From positions 310,001 to 374,000 of the forward strand of contig NW_027306095.1 of NCBI RefSeq assembly GCF_964355755.1: a DNA stretch of 64,000 nt, given 5' to 3'. Under the pieces are notes generated by a model, which saw only the letters and a list, made by a program, of their open reading frames with translations, was not told the DNA's origin and did no database searches. Positions 25,373 to 38,700 of the stretch are shown here, one piece after another; position 1 is the first letter of the stretch; the number at the start of each line of letters is the position of its first letter. The stretch is from Antedon mediterranea (lineage: Eukaryota > Animalia > Echinodermata). The position numbers were made by a program, and so were the translations under genes.

Positions 25373-26895
25373 GTTTCAAATGTGATTTTAAGCACTTTGA
25401 TATTTTTGTGTAATCAAGTTTCATCGAAATGCACAAAATGGTCTAAAACGTGTTCAAATGCGATTTGAAGCTATTTTGTGATTTTAAGAATTTTGATATT
25501 TTTGTGTAATCAAGTTTCATCGAATGCACAAACTGGTCTAAACCTCTCAAAATGCGATTTGAAGCTATTTTGTGCACTTTGATGTTTTTGTGTGAAAAGT
25601 TTCATCGAAATTCACAAAATTGTCTAAAACGTCTCCAAATACAATATTAAGAAATTCTATGCACTTTGATGTTTTTGAGTGAAAAGTTTTTTTCGAAATG
25701 CACAAAATGGTCTAAAACGTCTCCAAATGCGATTTGGAGCTCTTTTGTGCACTTTGATGTTTTGTGTAAAAAGTTTGCTATTTTGTGCACTTTAATGTTT
25801 TGTGTGAAAAGTTTTATCGAAATGCTCAAAATTGTCTAAAACGGTTTCAAATGTGATTTTAAGCACTTTGATATTTTTGTGTAATCAAGTTTTTTCGAAA
25901 TGCACAACATGGTCTAAAACGTCTCCAAATGCGATTTGAAGCTATTTTGTGCACTTTGATGTTTTTTTGTGAAAAATTTCATCGAAATGCACAAAATGGT
26001 CTAAAACGTCTCTAAATGCGATTTGAAGTTATTTTGTGCACTTTGATGTTTTGTGTGAAAAGTTTTATCGAAATGCTCAAAATTGTCTAAAACGGTTTCA
26101 AATGTGATTTTAAGCACTTTGATATTTTTGTGTAATCAAGTTTCATCGAAATGCACAAAATGGTCTAAAACGTGTTCAAATGCGATTTGAAGCTATTTTG
26201 TGATTTTAAGAATTTTGATATTTTTGTGTAATCAAGTTTCATCGAATGCACAAACTGGTCTAAACCTCTCAAAATGCGATTTGAAGCTATTTTGTGCACT
26301 TTGATGTTTTTGTGTGAAAAGTTTCATCGAAATTCACAAAATTGTCTAAAACGTCTCCAAATACAATATTAAGAAATTCTATGCACTTTGATGTTTTTGA
26401 GTGAAAAGTTTTTTTCGAAATGCACAAAATGGTCTAAAACGTCTCCAAATGCGATTTGGAGCTCTTTTGTGCACTTTGATGTTTTGTGTAAAAAGTTTGC
26501 TATTTTGTGCACTTTAATGTTTTGTGTGAAAAGTTTTATCGAAATGCTCAAAATTGTCTAAAACGGTTTCAAATGTGATTTTAAGCACTTTGATATTTTT
26601 GTGTAATCAAGTTTTTTCGAAATGCACAACATGGTCTAAAACGTCTCCAAATGCGATTTGAAGCTATTTTGTGCACTTTGATGTTTTTTTGTGAAAAATT
26701 TCATCGAAATGCACAAAATGGTCTAAAACGTCTCTAAATGCGATTTGAAGTTATTTTGTGCACTTTGATGTTTTGTGTGAAAAGTTTTATCGAAATGCTC
26801 AAAATTGTCTAAAACGGTTTCAAATGTGATTTTAAGCACTTTGATATTTTTGTGTAATCAAGTTTCATCGAAATGCACAAAATGGTCTAAAACGT
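25373..26895 (+). repeat. Tandem duplication, 722-bp unit x2
   Basis: ORFs 25647/26369. Markers CGTGTTCAAAT, CATCGAATGCACAAACTGG and AAGAAATTCTATG repeat at offset 722. Confidence 0.88.
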
Positions 26896-29800
26896 CTGCA
26901 AATGCGATTTAAAGCTATTTTGTGCACTTTAATGTTTTGTGTGAAAAGTTTTATCGAAATTCTCAAAATGGTCTAAAACGGTTTCAAATGTGATTTTAAG
27001 CACTTTGATGTTTTTGTGTAATCAAGTTTCATCGAAATGCACAAAATGGTTTAAAACGTCTGCAAATGCGATTTGAAGCTATTTTGTGCACTTTGATGTT
27101 TTTGTGTGAAAAGTTTCATCGAAATGCACAAAATTGTCTAAAACGTTTCCAAATACGATATTAAGCTATTGTATGCACTTTGATGTTTTTGAGTGAAAAG
27201 TTTTTTCAAAATGCACAAAATGGTCTAAAATGCGATTTGGAGCTCTTTTGTGCACTTTGATGTTTTGTGTTAAAAGTTTGCTATTTTGTGCACTTTAATG
27301 TTTTGTGTGAAAACTTTTATCGAAATGCTCAAAATTGTCTAAAACGGTTTCAAATGTGATTTTAATCACTTTGATATTTTTGTGTAATCAAGTTTTTTCG
27401 AAATGCACAATATGGTCTAAAACGTCTCCAAATGCGATTTGAAGCTATTTTGTGCACTTTGATGTTTTTGTGTGAAAAGTTTCATCGAAATGCACAAAAT
27501 GGTCTAAAACGTCTCTAAATGCGATTTAAAGCTATTTTGTGCACTTTGATGTTTTTGTGTGAAAAGTTTCATCGAAATGCACAAAATGGTCTAAAACGTC
27601 TCTAAATGCGATTTGAAGCTATTTTGTGCACTTTGATGTTTTTTTGTGAAAAGTTTCATCGAAATGCACAAAATGGTCTAAAACGTCTCTAAATGCGATT
27701 TGAAGCTATTTTGTGCACTTTGTCGTTTTTGTGTGAAAAGTTTCATCGAAATGCTCAAAATGGTCTAAAACGTCTCCAAATGCGATTTGAAGCAATTTTG
27801 TGCAATTTGATGTTTTTGTGTGAAAAGTTTCATCGAAATGCACAAAATGGTCTAAAACGTCTGCAAATGCGATTTGAAGCTATTTTGTGCACTTTGATGT
27901 TTTTTTGTGAAAAGTTTCATCGAAATGCACAAAATTGTCTAAAACGTCTCTAAATGCGATTTGAAGCTATTTTGTGCACTTTGTCGTTTTTGTGTGAAAA
28001 TTTCATCGAAATGCTCAAAATGGTCTAAAACGGTTTCAAATGTGATTTTAATCACTTTGATATTTTTGTGTAATCAAGTTTTTTCGAAATGCACAATATG
28101 GTCTAAAACGTCTCCAAATGCGATTTGAAGCTATTTTGTGCACTTTGATGTTTTTGTGTGAAAAGTTTCATCGAAATGCACAAAATGGTCTAAAACGTCT
28201 CTAAATGCGATTTAAAGCTATTTTGTGCACTTTGATGTTTTTGTGTGAAAAGTTTCATCGAAATGCACAAAATGGTCTAAAACGTCTCTAAATGCGATTT
28301 GAAGCTGTTTTTGTGTGAAAAGTTTTTTCGAAATACACAAAATGGTCTAAAACGTCTCCAAATACAATTTGGAACTCTTTTGTGCACTTTGATGTTTTTT
28401 GTCAAAAGTTTTATAGAAATGCTCGAAATGGTCTAAAACGGTTTCAAATGTGATTTTAAGCACTTTGATATTTTTGTGTAATCAAGTTTCATCGAAATGC
28501 ACAAAATGGTCTAAAACGTGTTCAAATGCGATTTGAAGCTATTTTGTGATTTTAAGAATTTTGATATTTTTGTGTAATCAAGTTTCATCGAATGCACAAA
28601 CTGGTCTAAACCTCTCAAAATGCGATTTGAAGCTATTTTGTGCACTTTGATGTTTTTGTGTGAAAAGTTTCATCGAAATTCACAAAATTGTCTAAAACGT
28701 CTCCAAATACAATATTAAGAAATTCTATGCACTTTGATGTTTTTGAGTGAAAAGTTTTTTTCGAAATGCACAAAATGGTCTAAAACGTCTCCAAATGCGA
28801 TTTGGAGCTCTTTTGTGCACTTTGATGTTTTGTGTAAAAAGTTTGCTATTTTGTGCACTTTAATGTTTTGTGTGAAAAGTTTTATCGAAATGCTCAAAAT
28901 TGTCTAAAACGGTTTCAAATGTGATTTTAAGCACTTTGATATTTTTGTGTAATCAAGTTTTTTCGAAATGCACAACATGGTCTAAAACGTCTCCAAATGC
29001 GATTTGAAGCTATTTTGTGCACTTTGATGTTTTTTTGTGAAAAATTTCATCGAAATGCACAAAATGGTCTAAAACGTCTCTAAATGCGATTTGAAGTTAT
29101 TTTGTGCACTTTGATGTTTTGTGTGAAAAGTTTTATCGAAATGCTCAAAATTGTCTAAAACGGTTTCAAATGTGATTTTAAGCACTTTGATATTTTTGTG
29201 TAATCAAGTTTCATCGAAATGCACAAAATGGTCTAAAACGTCTGCAAATGCGATTTAAAGCTATTTTGTGCACTTTAATGTTTTGTGTGAAAAGTTTTAT
29301 CGAAATTCTCAAAATGGTCTAAAACGGTTTCAAATGTGATTTTAAGCACTTTGATGTTTTTGTGTAATCAAGTTTCATCGAAATGCACAAAATGGTTTAA
29401 AACGTCTGCAAATGCGATTTGAAGCTATTTTGTGCACTTTGATGTTTTTGTGTGAAAAGTTTCATCGAAATGCACAAAATTGTTTAAAACGTTTCCAAAT
29501 ACGATATTAAGCTATTGTATGCACTTTGATGTTTTTGAGTGAAAAGTTTTTTCGAAATGCACAAAATGGCCTAAAATGCGATTTGGAGCTCTTTTGTGCA
29601 CTTTGATGTTTTGTGTTAAAAGTTTGCTATTTTGTGCACTTTAATGTTTTGTGTGAAAACTTTTATCGAAATGCTCAAAATTGTCTAAAACGGTTTCAAA
29701 TGTGATTTTAATCACTTTGATATTTTTGTGTAATCAAGTTTTTTCGAAATGCACAATATGGTCTAAAACGTCTCCAAATGCGATTTGAAGCTATTTTGTG

Positions 29801-32720
29801 CACTTTGATGTTTTTGTGTGAAAAGTTTCATCGAAATGCACAAAATGGTCTAAAACGTCTCTAAATGCGATTTAAAGCTATTTTGTGCACTTTGATGTTT
29901 TTGTGTGAAAAGTTTCATCGAAATGCACAAAATGGTCTATAACGTCTCTAAATGCGATTTGAAGCTATTTTGTGCACTTTGATGTTTTTTTGTGAAAAGT
30001 TTCATCGAAATGCACAAAATGGTCTAAAACGTCTCTAAATGCGATTTGAAGCTATTTTGTGCACTTTGTCGTTTTTGTGTGAAAAGTTTCATCGAAATGC
30101 TCAAAATGGTCTAAAACGTCTCCAAATGCGATTTGAAGCAATTTTGTGCAATTTGATGTTTTTGTGTGAAAAGTTTCATCGAAATGCACAAAATGGTCTA
30201 AAACGTCTGCAAATGCGATTTGAAGCTATTTTGTGCACTTTGATGTTTTTTTGTGAAAAGTTTCATCGAAATGCACAAAATTGTCTAAAACGTCTCTAAA
30301 TGCGATTTGAAGCTATTTTGTGCACTTTGTCGTTTTTGTGTGAAAATTTCATCGAAATGCTCAAAATGGTCTAAAACGGTTTCAAATGTGATTTTAATCA
30401 CTTTGATATTTTTGTGTAATCAAGTTTTTTCGAAATGCACAATATGGTCTAAAACGTCTCCAAATGCGATTTGAAGCTATTTTGTGCACTTTGATGTTTT
30501 TGTGTGAAAAGTTTCATCGAAATGCACAAAATGGTCTAAAACGTCTCTAAATGCGATTTAAAGCTATTTTGTGCACTTTGATGTTTTTGTGTGAAAAGTT
30601 TCATCGAAATGCACAAAATGGTCTAAAACGTCTCTAAATGCGATTTGAAGCTGTTTTTGTGTGAAAAGTTTTTTCGAAATACACAAAATGGTCTAAAACG
30701 TCTCCAAATACAATTTGGAACTCTTTTGTGCACTTTGATGTTTTTTGTCAAAAGTTTTATAGAAATGCTCGAAATGGTCTAAAACGGTTTCAAATGTGAT
30801 TTTAAGCACTTTGATATTTTTGTGTAATCAAGTTTCATCGAAATGCACAAAATGGTCTAAAACGTGTTCAAATGCGATTTGAAGCTATTTTGTGATTTTA
30901 AGAATTTTGATATTTTTGTGTAATCAAGTTTCATCGAATGCACAAACTGGTCTAAACCTCTCAAAATGCGATTTGAAGCTATTTTGTGCACTTTGATGTT
31001 TTTGTGTGAAAAGTTTCATCGAAATTCACAAAATTGTCTAAAACGTCTCCAAATACAATATTAAGAAATTCTATGCACTTTGATGTTTTTGAGTGAAAAG
31101 TTTTTTTCGAAATGCACAAAATGGTCTAAAACGTCTCCAAATGCGATTTGGAGCTCTTTTGTGCACTTTGATGTTTTGTGTAAAAAGTTTGCTATTTTGT
31201 GCACTTTAATGTTTTGTGTGAAAAGTTTTATCGAAATGCTCAAAATTGTCTAAAACGGTTTCAAATGTGATTTTAAGCACTTTGATATTTTTGTGTAATC
31301 AAGTTTTTTCGAAATGCACAACATGGTCTAAAACGTCTCCAAATGCGATTTGAAGCTATTTTGTGCACTTTGATGTTTTTTTGTGAAAAATTTCATCGAA
31401 ATGCACAAAATGGTCTAAAACGTCTCTAAATGCGATTTGAAGTTATTTTGTGCACTTTGATGTTTTGTGTGAAAAGTTTTATCGAAATGCTCAAAATTGT
31501 CTAAAACGGTTTCAAATGTGATTTTAAGCACTTTGATATTTTTGTGTAATCAAGTTTCATCGAAATGCACAAAATGGTCTAAAACGTCTGCAAATGCGAT
31601 TTAAAGCTATTTTGTGCACTTTAATGTTTTGTGTGAAAAGTTTTATCGAAATTCTCAAAATGGTCTAAAACGGTTTCAAATGTGATTTTAAGCACTTTGA
31701 TGTTTTTGTGTAATCAAGTTTCATCGAAATGCACAAAATGGTTTAAAACGTCTGCAAATGCGATTTGAAGCTATTTTGTGCACTTTGATGTTTTTGTGTG
31801 AAAAGTTTCATCGAAATGCACAAAATTGTCTAAAACGTTTCCAAATACGATATTAAGCTATTGTATGCACTTTGATGTTTTTGAGTGAAAAGTTTTTTCG
31901 AAATGCACAAAATGGTCTAAAATGCGATTTGGAGCTCTTTTGTGCACTTTGATGTTTTGTGTTAAAAGTTTGCTATTTTGTGCACTTTAATGTTTTGTGT
32001 GAAAACTTTTATCGAAATGCTCAAAATTGTCTAAAACGGTTTCAAATGTGATTTTAATCACTTTGATATTTTTGTGTAATCAAGTTTTTTCGAAATGCAC
32101 AATATGGTCTAAAACGTCTCCAAATGCGATTTGAAGCTATTTTGTGCACTTTGATGTTTTTGTGTGAAAAGTTTCATCGAAATGCACAAAATGGTCTAAA
32201 ACGTCTCTAAATGCGATTTAAAGCTATTTTGTGCACTTTGATGTTTTTGTGTGAAAAGTTTCATCGAAATGCACAAAATGGTCTAAAACGTCTCTAAATG
32301 CGATTTGAAGCTATTTTGTGCACTTTGATGTTTTTTTGTGAAAAGTTTCATCGAAATGCACAAAATGGTCTAAAACGTCTCTAAATGCGATTTGAAGCTA
32401 TTTTGTGCACTTTGTCGTTTTTGTGTGAAAAGTTTCATCGAAATGCTCAAAATGGTCTAAAACGTCTCCAAATGCGATTTGAAGCAATTTTGTGCAATTT
32501 GATGTTTTTGTGTGAAAAGTTTCATCGAAATGCACAAAATGGTCTAAAACGTCTGCAAATGCGATTTGAAGCTATTTTGTGCACTTTGATGTTTTTTTGT
32601 GAAAAGTTTCATCGAAATGCACAAAATTGTCTAAAACGTCTCTAAATGCGATTTGAAGCTATTTTGTGCACTTTGTCGTTTTTGTGTGAAAATTTCATCG
32701 AAATGCTCAAAATGGTCTAA
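26100..32720 (+). repeat. 2346-bp higher-order repeat, first run (about 2.8 copies)
   Basis: ORFs 26369/28715/31061 and 27693/30039/32385 are all spaced 2346 apart. Confidence 0.9.
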
Positions 32721-35700
32721 AACGTCTCCAAATGCGATTTGAAGCAATTTTGTGCACTTTGATGTTTTTGTGTGAAAAGTTTCATCGAAATGCACAAAAT
32801 GGTCTAAAACGTCTGCAAATGCGATTTGAAGCTATTTTGTGCACTTTGTCGTTTTTGTGTGAAAAGTTTTTTCGAAATGCACAAAATGGTCTAAAACGTC
32901 TCCAATTGCGATTTGAAGTTATTTTGTGCACTTTGATGTTTTGTGTGAAAAGTTTTATCGAAATGCTCAAAATGGTCTAAAACGGTTTCAAATGTGATTT
33001 TAAGCACTTTGATATTTTTGTGTAATCAAGTTTCATCGAAATGCACAAAATGGTCTAAAACGTCTGCAAATGCGATTTAAAGCTATTTTGTGCACTTTAA
33101 TGTTTTGTGTGAAAAGTTTTATCGAAATTCTCAAAATGGTCTAAAACGGTTTCAAATGTGATTTTAAGCACTTTGATGTTTTTGTGTAATCAAGTTTCAT
33201 CGAAATGCACTAAAAGGTTTAAAACGTCTGCAAATTCGATTTGAAGCTATTTTGTGCACTTTGATGTTTTTGAGTGAAAAGTTTTTTCGAAATGCACAAA
33301 ATGGTCTAAAACGTCTCCCAATGCGATTTGGAGCTCTTTTGTGCACTTTGATGTTTTGTGTAAAAAGTTTGCTATTTTGTGCACTTTAATGTTTTGTGTG
33401 AAAAGTTTTATCGAAATGCTCAAAATTGTCTAAAACGGTTTCAAATGTGATTTTAAGTACTTTGATATTTTTGTGTAATCAAGTTTTTTCGAAATGCACA
33501 ACATGGTCTAAAACGTCTCCAAATGCGATTTGAAGCTATTTTGTGCACTTTGATGTTTTTGTGTGAAAAGTTTCATCGAAATACACAAAATGGTCTAAAA
33601 CGTCTCTAAATGCGATTTGAAGCTATTTTGTGCACTTTGATGTTTTTGTGTGAAAAGTTTCATCGAAATGCACAAAATGGTCTAAAACGTCTCTAAATGC
33701 GATTTGAAGCTATTTTGTGCACTTTGATGTTTTTGTGTGAAAAGTTTCATCGAAATGCACAAAATTGTCTAAAACGTCTCCAAATACGATATTAAGCTAT
33801 TGTATGCACTTTGTTGTTTTTGAGTGAAAAGTTTTTTCGAAATGCACAAAATTGTCTAAAACGTCCCCAAATGCGATTTGGAGCTCTTTTGTGCACTTTG
33901 ATGTTTTGTGTAAAAAGTTTGCTATTTTGTGCACTTTAATGTTTTGTGTGAAAAGTTTTATCGAAATGCTCAAAATTGTCTAAAACGGTTTCAAATGTGA
34001 TTTTAAGCACTTTGATATTTTTGTGTAATCAAGTTTTTTCGAAATGCACAACATGGTCTAAAACGTCTCCAAATGCGATTTGAAGCTATTTTGTGCACTT
34101 TGATGTTTTTGTGTGAAAAGTTTCATCGAAATGCACAAAATGGTCTAAAACGTCTCTAAATGCGATTTGAAGCTATTTTGTGCACTTTGTCGTTTTTGTG
34201 TGAAAAGTTTTTTCGAAATGCACAAAATGGTCTAAAACGTCTCCAATTGCGATTTGAAGTTATTTTGTGCACTTTGATGTTTTGTGTGAAAAGTTTTATC
34301 GAAATGCTCAAAATGGTCTAAAACGGTTTCAAATGTGATTTTAAGCACTTTGATGTTTTTGTGTAATCAAGTTTCATCGAAATGCACAAAATGGTTTAAA
34401 ACGTCTGCAAATGCGATTTGAAGCTATTTTGTGCACTTTGATGTTTTTGTGTGAAAAGTTTCATCGAAATGCACAAAATTGTCTAAAACGTCTCCAAATG
34501 CGATTTGAAGCTATTTTGTGCACTTTGATGTTTTTGTGTGAAAAGTTTCATCGAAATACACAAAATGGTCTAAAACGTCTCTAAATGCGATTTGAAGCTA
34601 TTTTGTGCACTTTGATGTTTTTGTGTGAAAAGTTTCATCGAAATGCACAAAATGGTCTAAAACGTCTCTAAATGCGATTTGAAGCTATTTTGTGCACTTT
34701 GATGTTTTTGTGTGAAAAGTTTCATCGAAATGCACAAAATGGTCTAAAACGTCTCTAAATGCGATTTGAAGCTATTTTGTGCACTTTGATGTTTTTTTGT
34801 GAAAAGTTTTATCGAAATTCTCAAAATGGTCTAAAACGGTTTCAAATGTGATTTTAAGCACTTTTATGTTTTTGTGTAATCAAGTTTCATCGAAATGCAC
34901 TAAATGGTTTAAAACGTCTGCAAATGCGATTTGAAGCTATTTTGTGCACTTTGATGTTTTTGTGTGAAAAGTTTCATCGAAATGCACAAAATTGTCTAAA
35001 ACGTCTCCAAATACGATATTAAACTATTGTATGCACTTTGATGTTTTTGAGTGAAAAGTTTTTTCGAAATGCACAAAATGGTCTAAAACGTCTCCAAATG
35101 CGATTTGGAGCTCTTTTGTGCACTTTGATGTTTTGTGTTAAAAGTTTGCTATTTTGTGCACTTTAATGTTTTGTGTGAAAACTTTTATCGAAATGCTCAA
35201 AATTGTCTAAAACGGTTTCAAATGTGATTTTAATCACTTTGATATTTTTGTGTAATCAAGTTTTTTCGAAATGCACAATATGGTCTAAAACGTCTCCAAA
35301 TGCGATTTGAAGCTGTTTTGTGCACTTTGATGTTTTTGTGTGAAAAGTTTCATCGAAATGCACAAAATGGTCTAAAACGTCTCTAAATGCGATTTAAAGC
35401 TATTTTGTGCACTTTGATGTTTTTGTGTGAAAAGTTTCATCGAAATGCACAAAATGGTCTAAAACGTCTCTAAATGCGATTTGAAGCTATTTTGTGCACT
35501 TTGATGTTTTTTTGTGAAAAGTTTCATCGAAATGCACAAAATGGTCTAAAACGTCTCTAAATGCGATTTGAAGCTATTTTGTGCACTTTGTCGTTTTTGT
35601 GTGAAAAGTTTCATCGAAATGCTCAAAATGGTCTAAAACGTCTCCAAATGCGATTTGAAGCAATTTTGTGCAATTTGATGTTTTTGTGTGAAAAGTTTCA

Positions 35701-38700
35701 TCGAAATGCACAAAATGGTCTAAAACGTCTGCAAATGCGATTTGAAGCTATTTTGTGCACTTTGATGTTTTTTTGTGAAAAGTTTCATCGAAATGCACAA
35801 AATTGTCTAAAACGTCTCTAAATGCGATTTGAAGCTATTTTGTGCACTTTGTCGTTTTTGTGTGAAAATTTCATCGAAATGCTCAAAATGGTCTAAAACG
35901 GTTTCAAATGTGATTTTAATCACTTTGATATTTTTGTGTAATCAAGTTTTTTCGAAATGCACAATATGGTCTAAAACGTCTCCAAATGCGATTTGAAGCT
36001 ATTTTGTGCACTTTGATGTTTTTGTGTGAAAAGTTTCATCGAAATGCACAAAATGGTCTAAAACGTCTCTAAATGCGATTTAAAGCTATTTTGTGCACTT
36101 TGATGTTTTTGTGTGAAAAGTTTCATCGAAATGCACAAAATGGTCTAAAACGTCTCTAAATGCGATTTGAAGCTGTTTTTGTGTGAAAAGTTTTTTCGAA
36201 ATACACAAAATGGTCTAAAACGTCTCCAAATACAATTTGGAACTCTTTTGTGCACTTTGATGTTTTTTGTCAAAAGTTTTATAGAAATGCTCGAAATGGT
36301 CTAAAACGGTTTCAAATGTGATTTTAAGCACTTTGATATTTTTGTGTAATCAAGTTTCATCGAAATGCACAAAATGGTCTAAAACGTGTTCAAATGCGAT
36401 TTGAAGCTATTTTGTGATTTTAAGAATTTTGATATTTTTGTGTAATCAAGTTTCATCGAATGCACAAACTGGTCTAAACCTCTCAAAATGCGATTTGAAG
36501 CTATTTTGTGCACTTTGATGTTTTTGTGTGAAAAGTTTCATCGAAATTCACAAAATTGTCTAAAACGTCTCCAAATACAATATTAAGAAATTCTATGCAC
36601 TTTGATGTTTTTGAGTGAAAAGTTTTTTTCGAAATGCACAAAATGGTCTAAAACGTCTCCAAATGCGATTTGGAGCTCTTTTGTGCACTTTGATGTTTTG
36701 TGTAAAAAGTTTGCTATTTTGTGCACTTTAATGTTTTGTGTGAAAAGTTTTATCGAAATGCTCAAAATTGTCTAAAACGGTTTCAAATGTGATTTTAAGC
36801 ACTTTGATATTTTTGTGTAATCAAGTTTTTTCGAAATGCACAACATGGTCTAAAACGTCTCCAAATGCGATTTGAAGCTATTTTGTGCACTTTGATGTTT
36901 TTTTGTGAAAAATTTCATCGAAATGCACAAAATGGTCTAAAACGTCTCTAAATGCGATTTGAAGTTATTTTGTGCACTTTGATGTTTTGTGTGAAAAGTT
37001 TTATCGAAATGCTCAAAATTGTCTAAAACGGTTTCAAATGTGATTTTAAGCACTTTGATATTTTTGTGTAATCAAGTTTCATCGAAATGCACAAAATGGT
37101 CTAAAACGTCTGCAAATGCGATTTAAAGCTATTTTGTGCACTTTAATGTTTTGTGTGAAAAGTTTTATCGAAATTCTCAAAATGGTCTAAAACGGTTTCA
37201 AATGTGATTTTAAGCACTTTGATGTTTTTGTGTAATCAAGTTTCATCGAAATGCACAAAATGGTTTAAAACGTCTGCAAATGCGATTTGAAGCTATTTTG
37301 TGCACTTTGATGTTTTTGTGTGAAAAGTTTCATCGAAATGCACAAAATTGTCTAAAACGTTTCCAAATACGATATTAAGCTATTGTATGCACTTTGATGT
37401 TTTTGAGTGAAAAGTTTTTTCGAAATGCACAAAATGGTCTAAAATGCGATTTGGAGCTCTTTTGTGCACTTTGATGTTTTGTGTTAAAAGTTTGCTATTT
37501 TGTGCACTTTAATGTTTTGTGTGAAAACTTTTATCGAAATGCTCAAAATTGTCTAAAACGGTTTCAAATGTGATTTTAATCACTTTGATATTTTTGTGTA
37601 ATCAAGTTTTTTCGAAATGCACAATATGGTCTAAAACGTCTCCAAATGCGATTTGAAGCTATTTTGTGCACTTTGATGTTTTTGTGTGAAAAGTTTCATC
37701 GAAATGCACAAAATGGTCTAAAACGTCTCTAAATGCGATTTAAAGCTATTTTGTGCACTTTGATGTTTTTGTGTGAAAAGTTTCATCGAAATGCACAAAA
37801 TGGTCTATAACGTCTCTAAATGCGATTTGAAGCTATTTTGTGCACTTTGATGTTTTTTTGTGAAAAGTTTCATCGAAATGCACAAAATGGTCTAAAACGT
37901 CTCTAAATGCGATTTGAAGCTATTTTGTGCACTTTGTCGTTTTTGTGTGAAAAGTTTCATCGAAATGCTCAAAATGGTCTAAAACGTCTCCAAATGCGAT
38001 TTGAAGCAATTTTGTGCAATTTGATGTTTTTGTGTGAAAAGTTTCATCGAAATGCACAAAATGGTCTAAAACGTCTGCAAATGCGATTTGAAGCTATTTT
38101 GTGCACTTTGATGTTTTTTTGTGAAAAGTTTCATCGAAATGCACAAAATTGTCTAAAACGTCTCTAAATGCGATTTGAAGCTATTTTGTGCACTTTGTCG
38201 TTTTTGTGTGAAAATTTCATCGAAATGCTCAAAATGGTCTAAAACGGTTTCAAATGTGATTTTAATCACTTTGATATTTTTGTGTAATCAAGTTTTTTCG
38301 AAATGCACAATATGGTCTAAAACGTCTCCAAATGCGATTTGAAGCTATTTTGTGCACTTTGATGTTTTTGTGTGAAAAGTTTCATCGAAATGCACAAAAT
38401 GGTCTAAAACGTCTCTAAATGCGATTTAAAGCTATTTTGTGCACTTTGATGTTTTTGTGTGAAAAGTTTCATCGAAATGCACAAAATGGTCTAAAACGTC
38501 TCTAAATGCGATTTGAAGCTGTTTTTGTGTGAAAAGTTTTTTCGAAATACACAAAATGGTCTAAAACGTCTCCAAATACAATTTGGAACTCTTTTGTGCA
38601 CTTTGATGTTTTTTGTCAAAAGTTTTATAGAAATGCTCGAAATGGTCTAAAACGGTTTCAAATGTGATTTTAAGCACTTTGATATTTTTGTGTAATCAAG

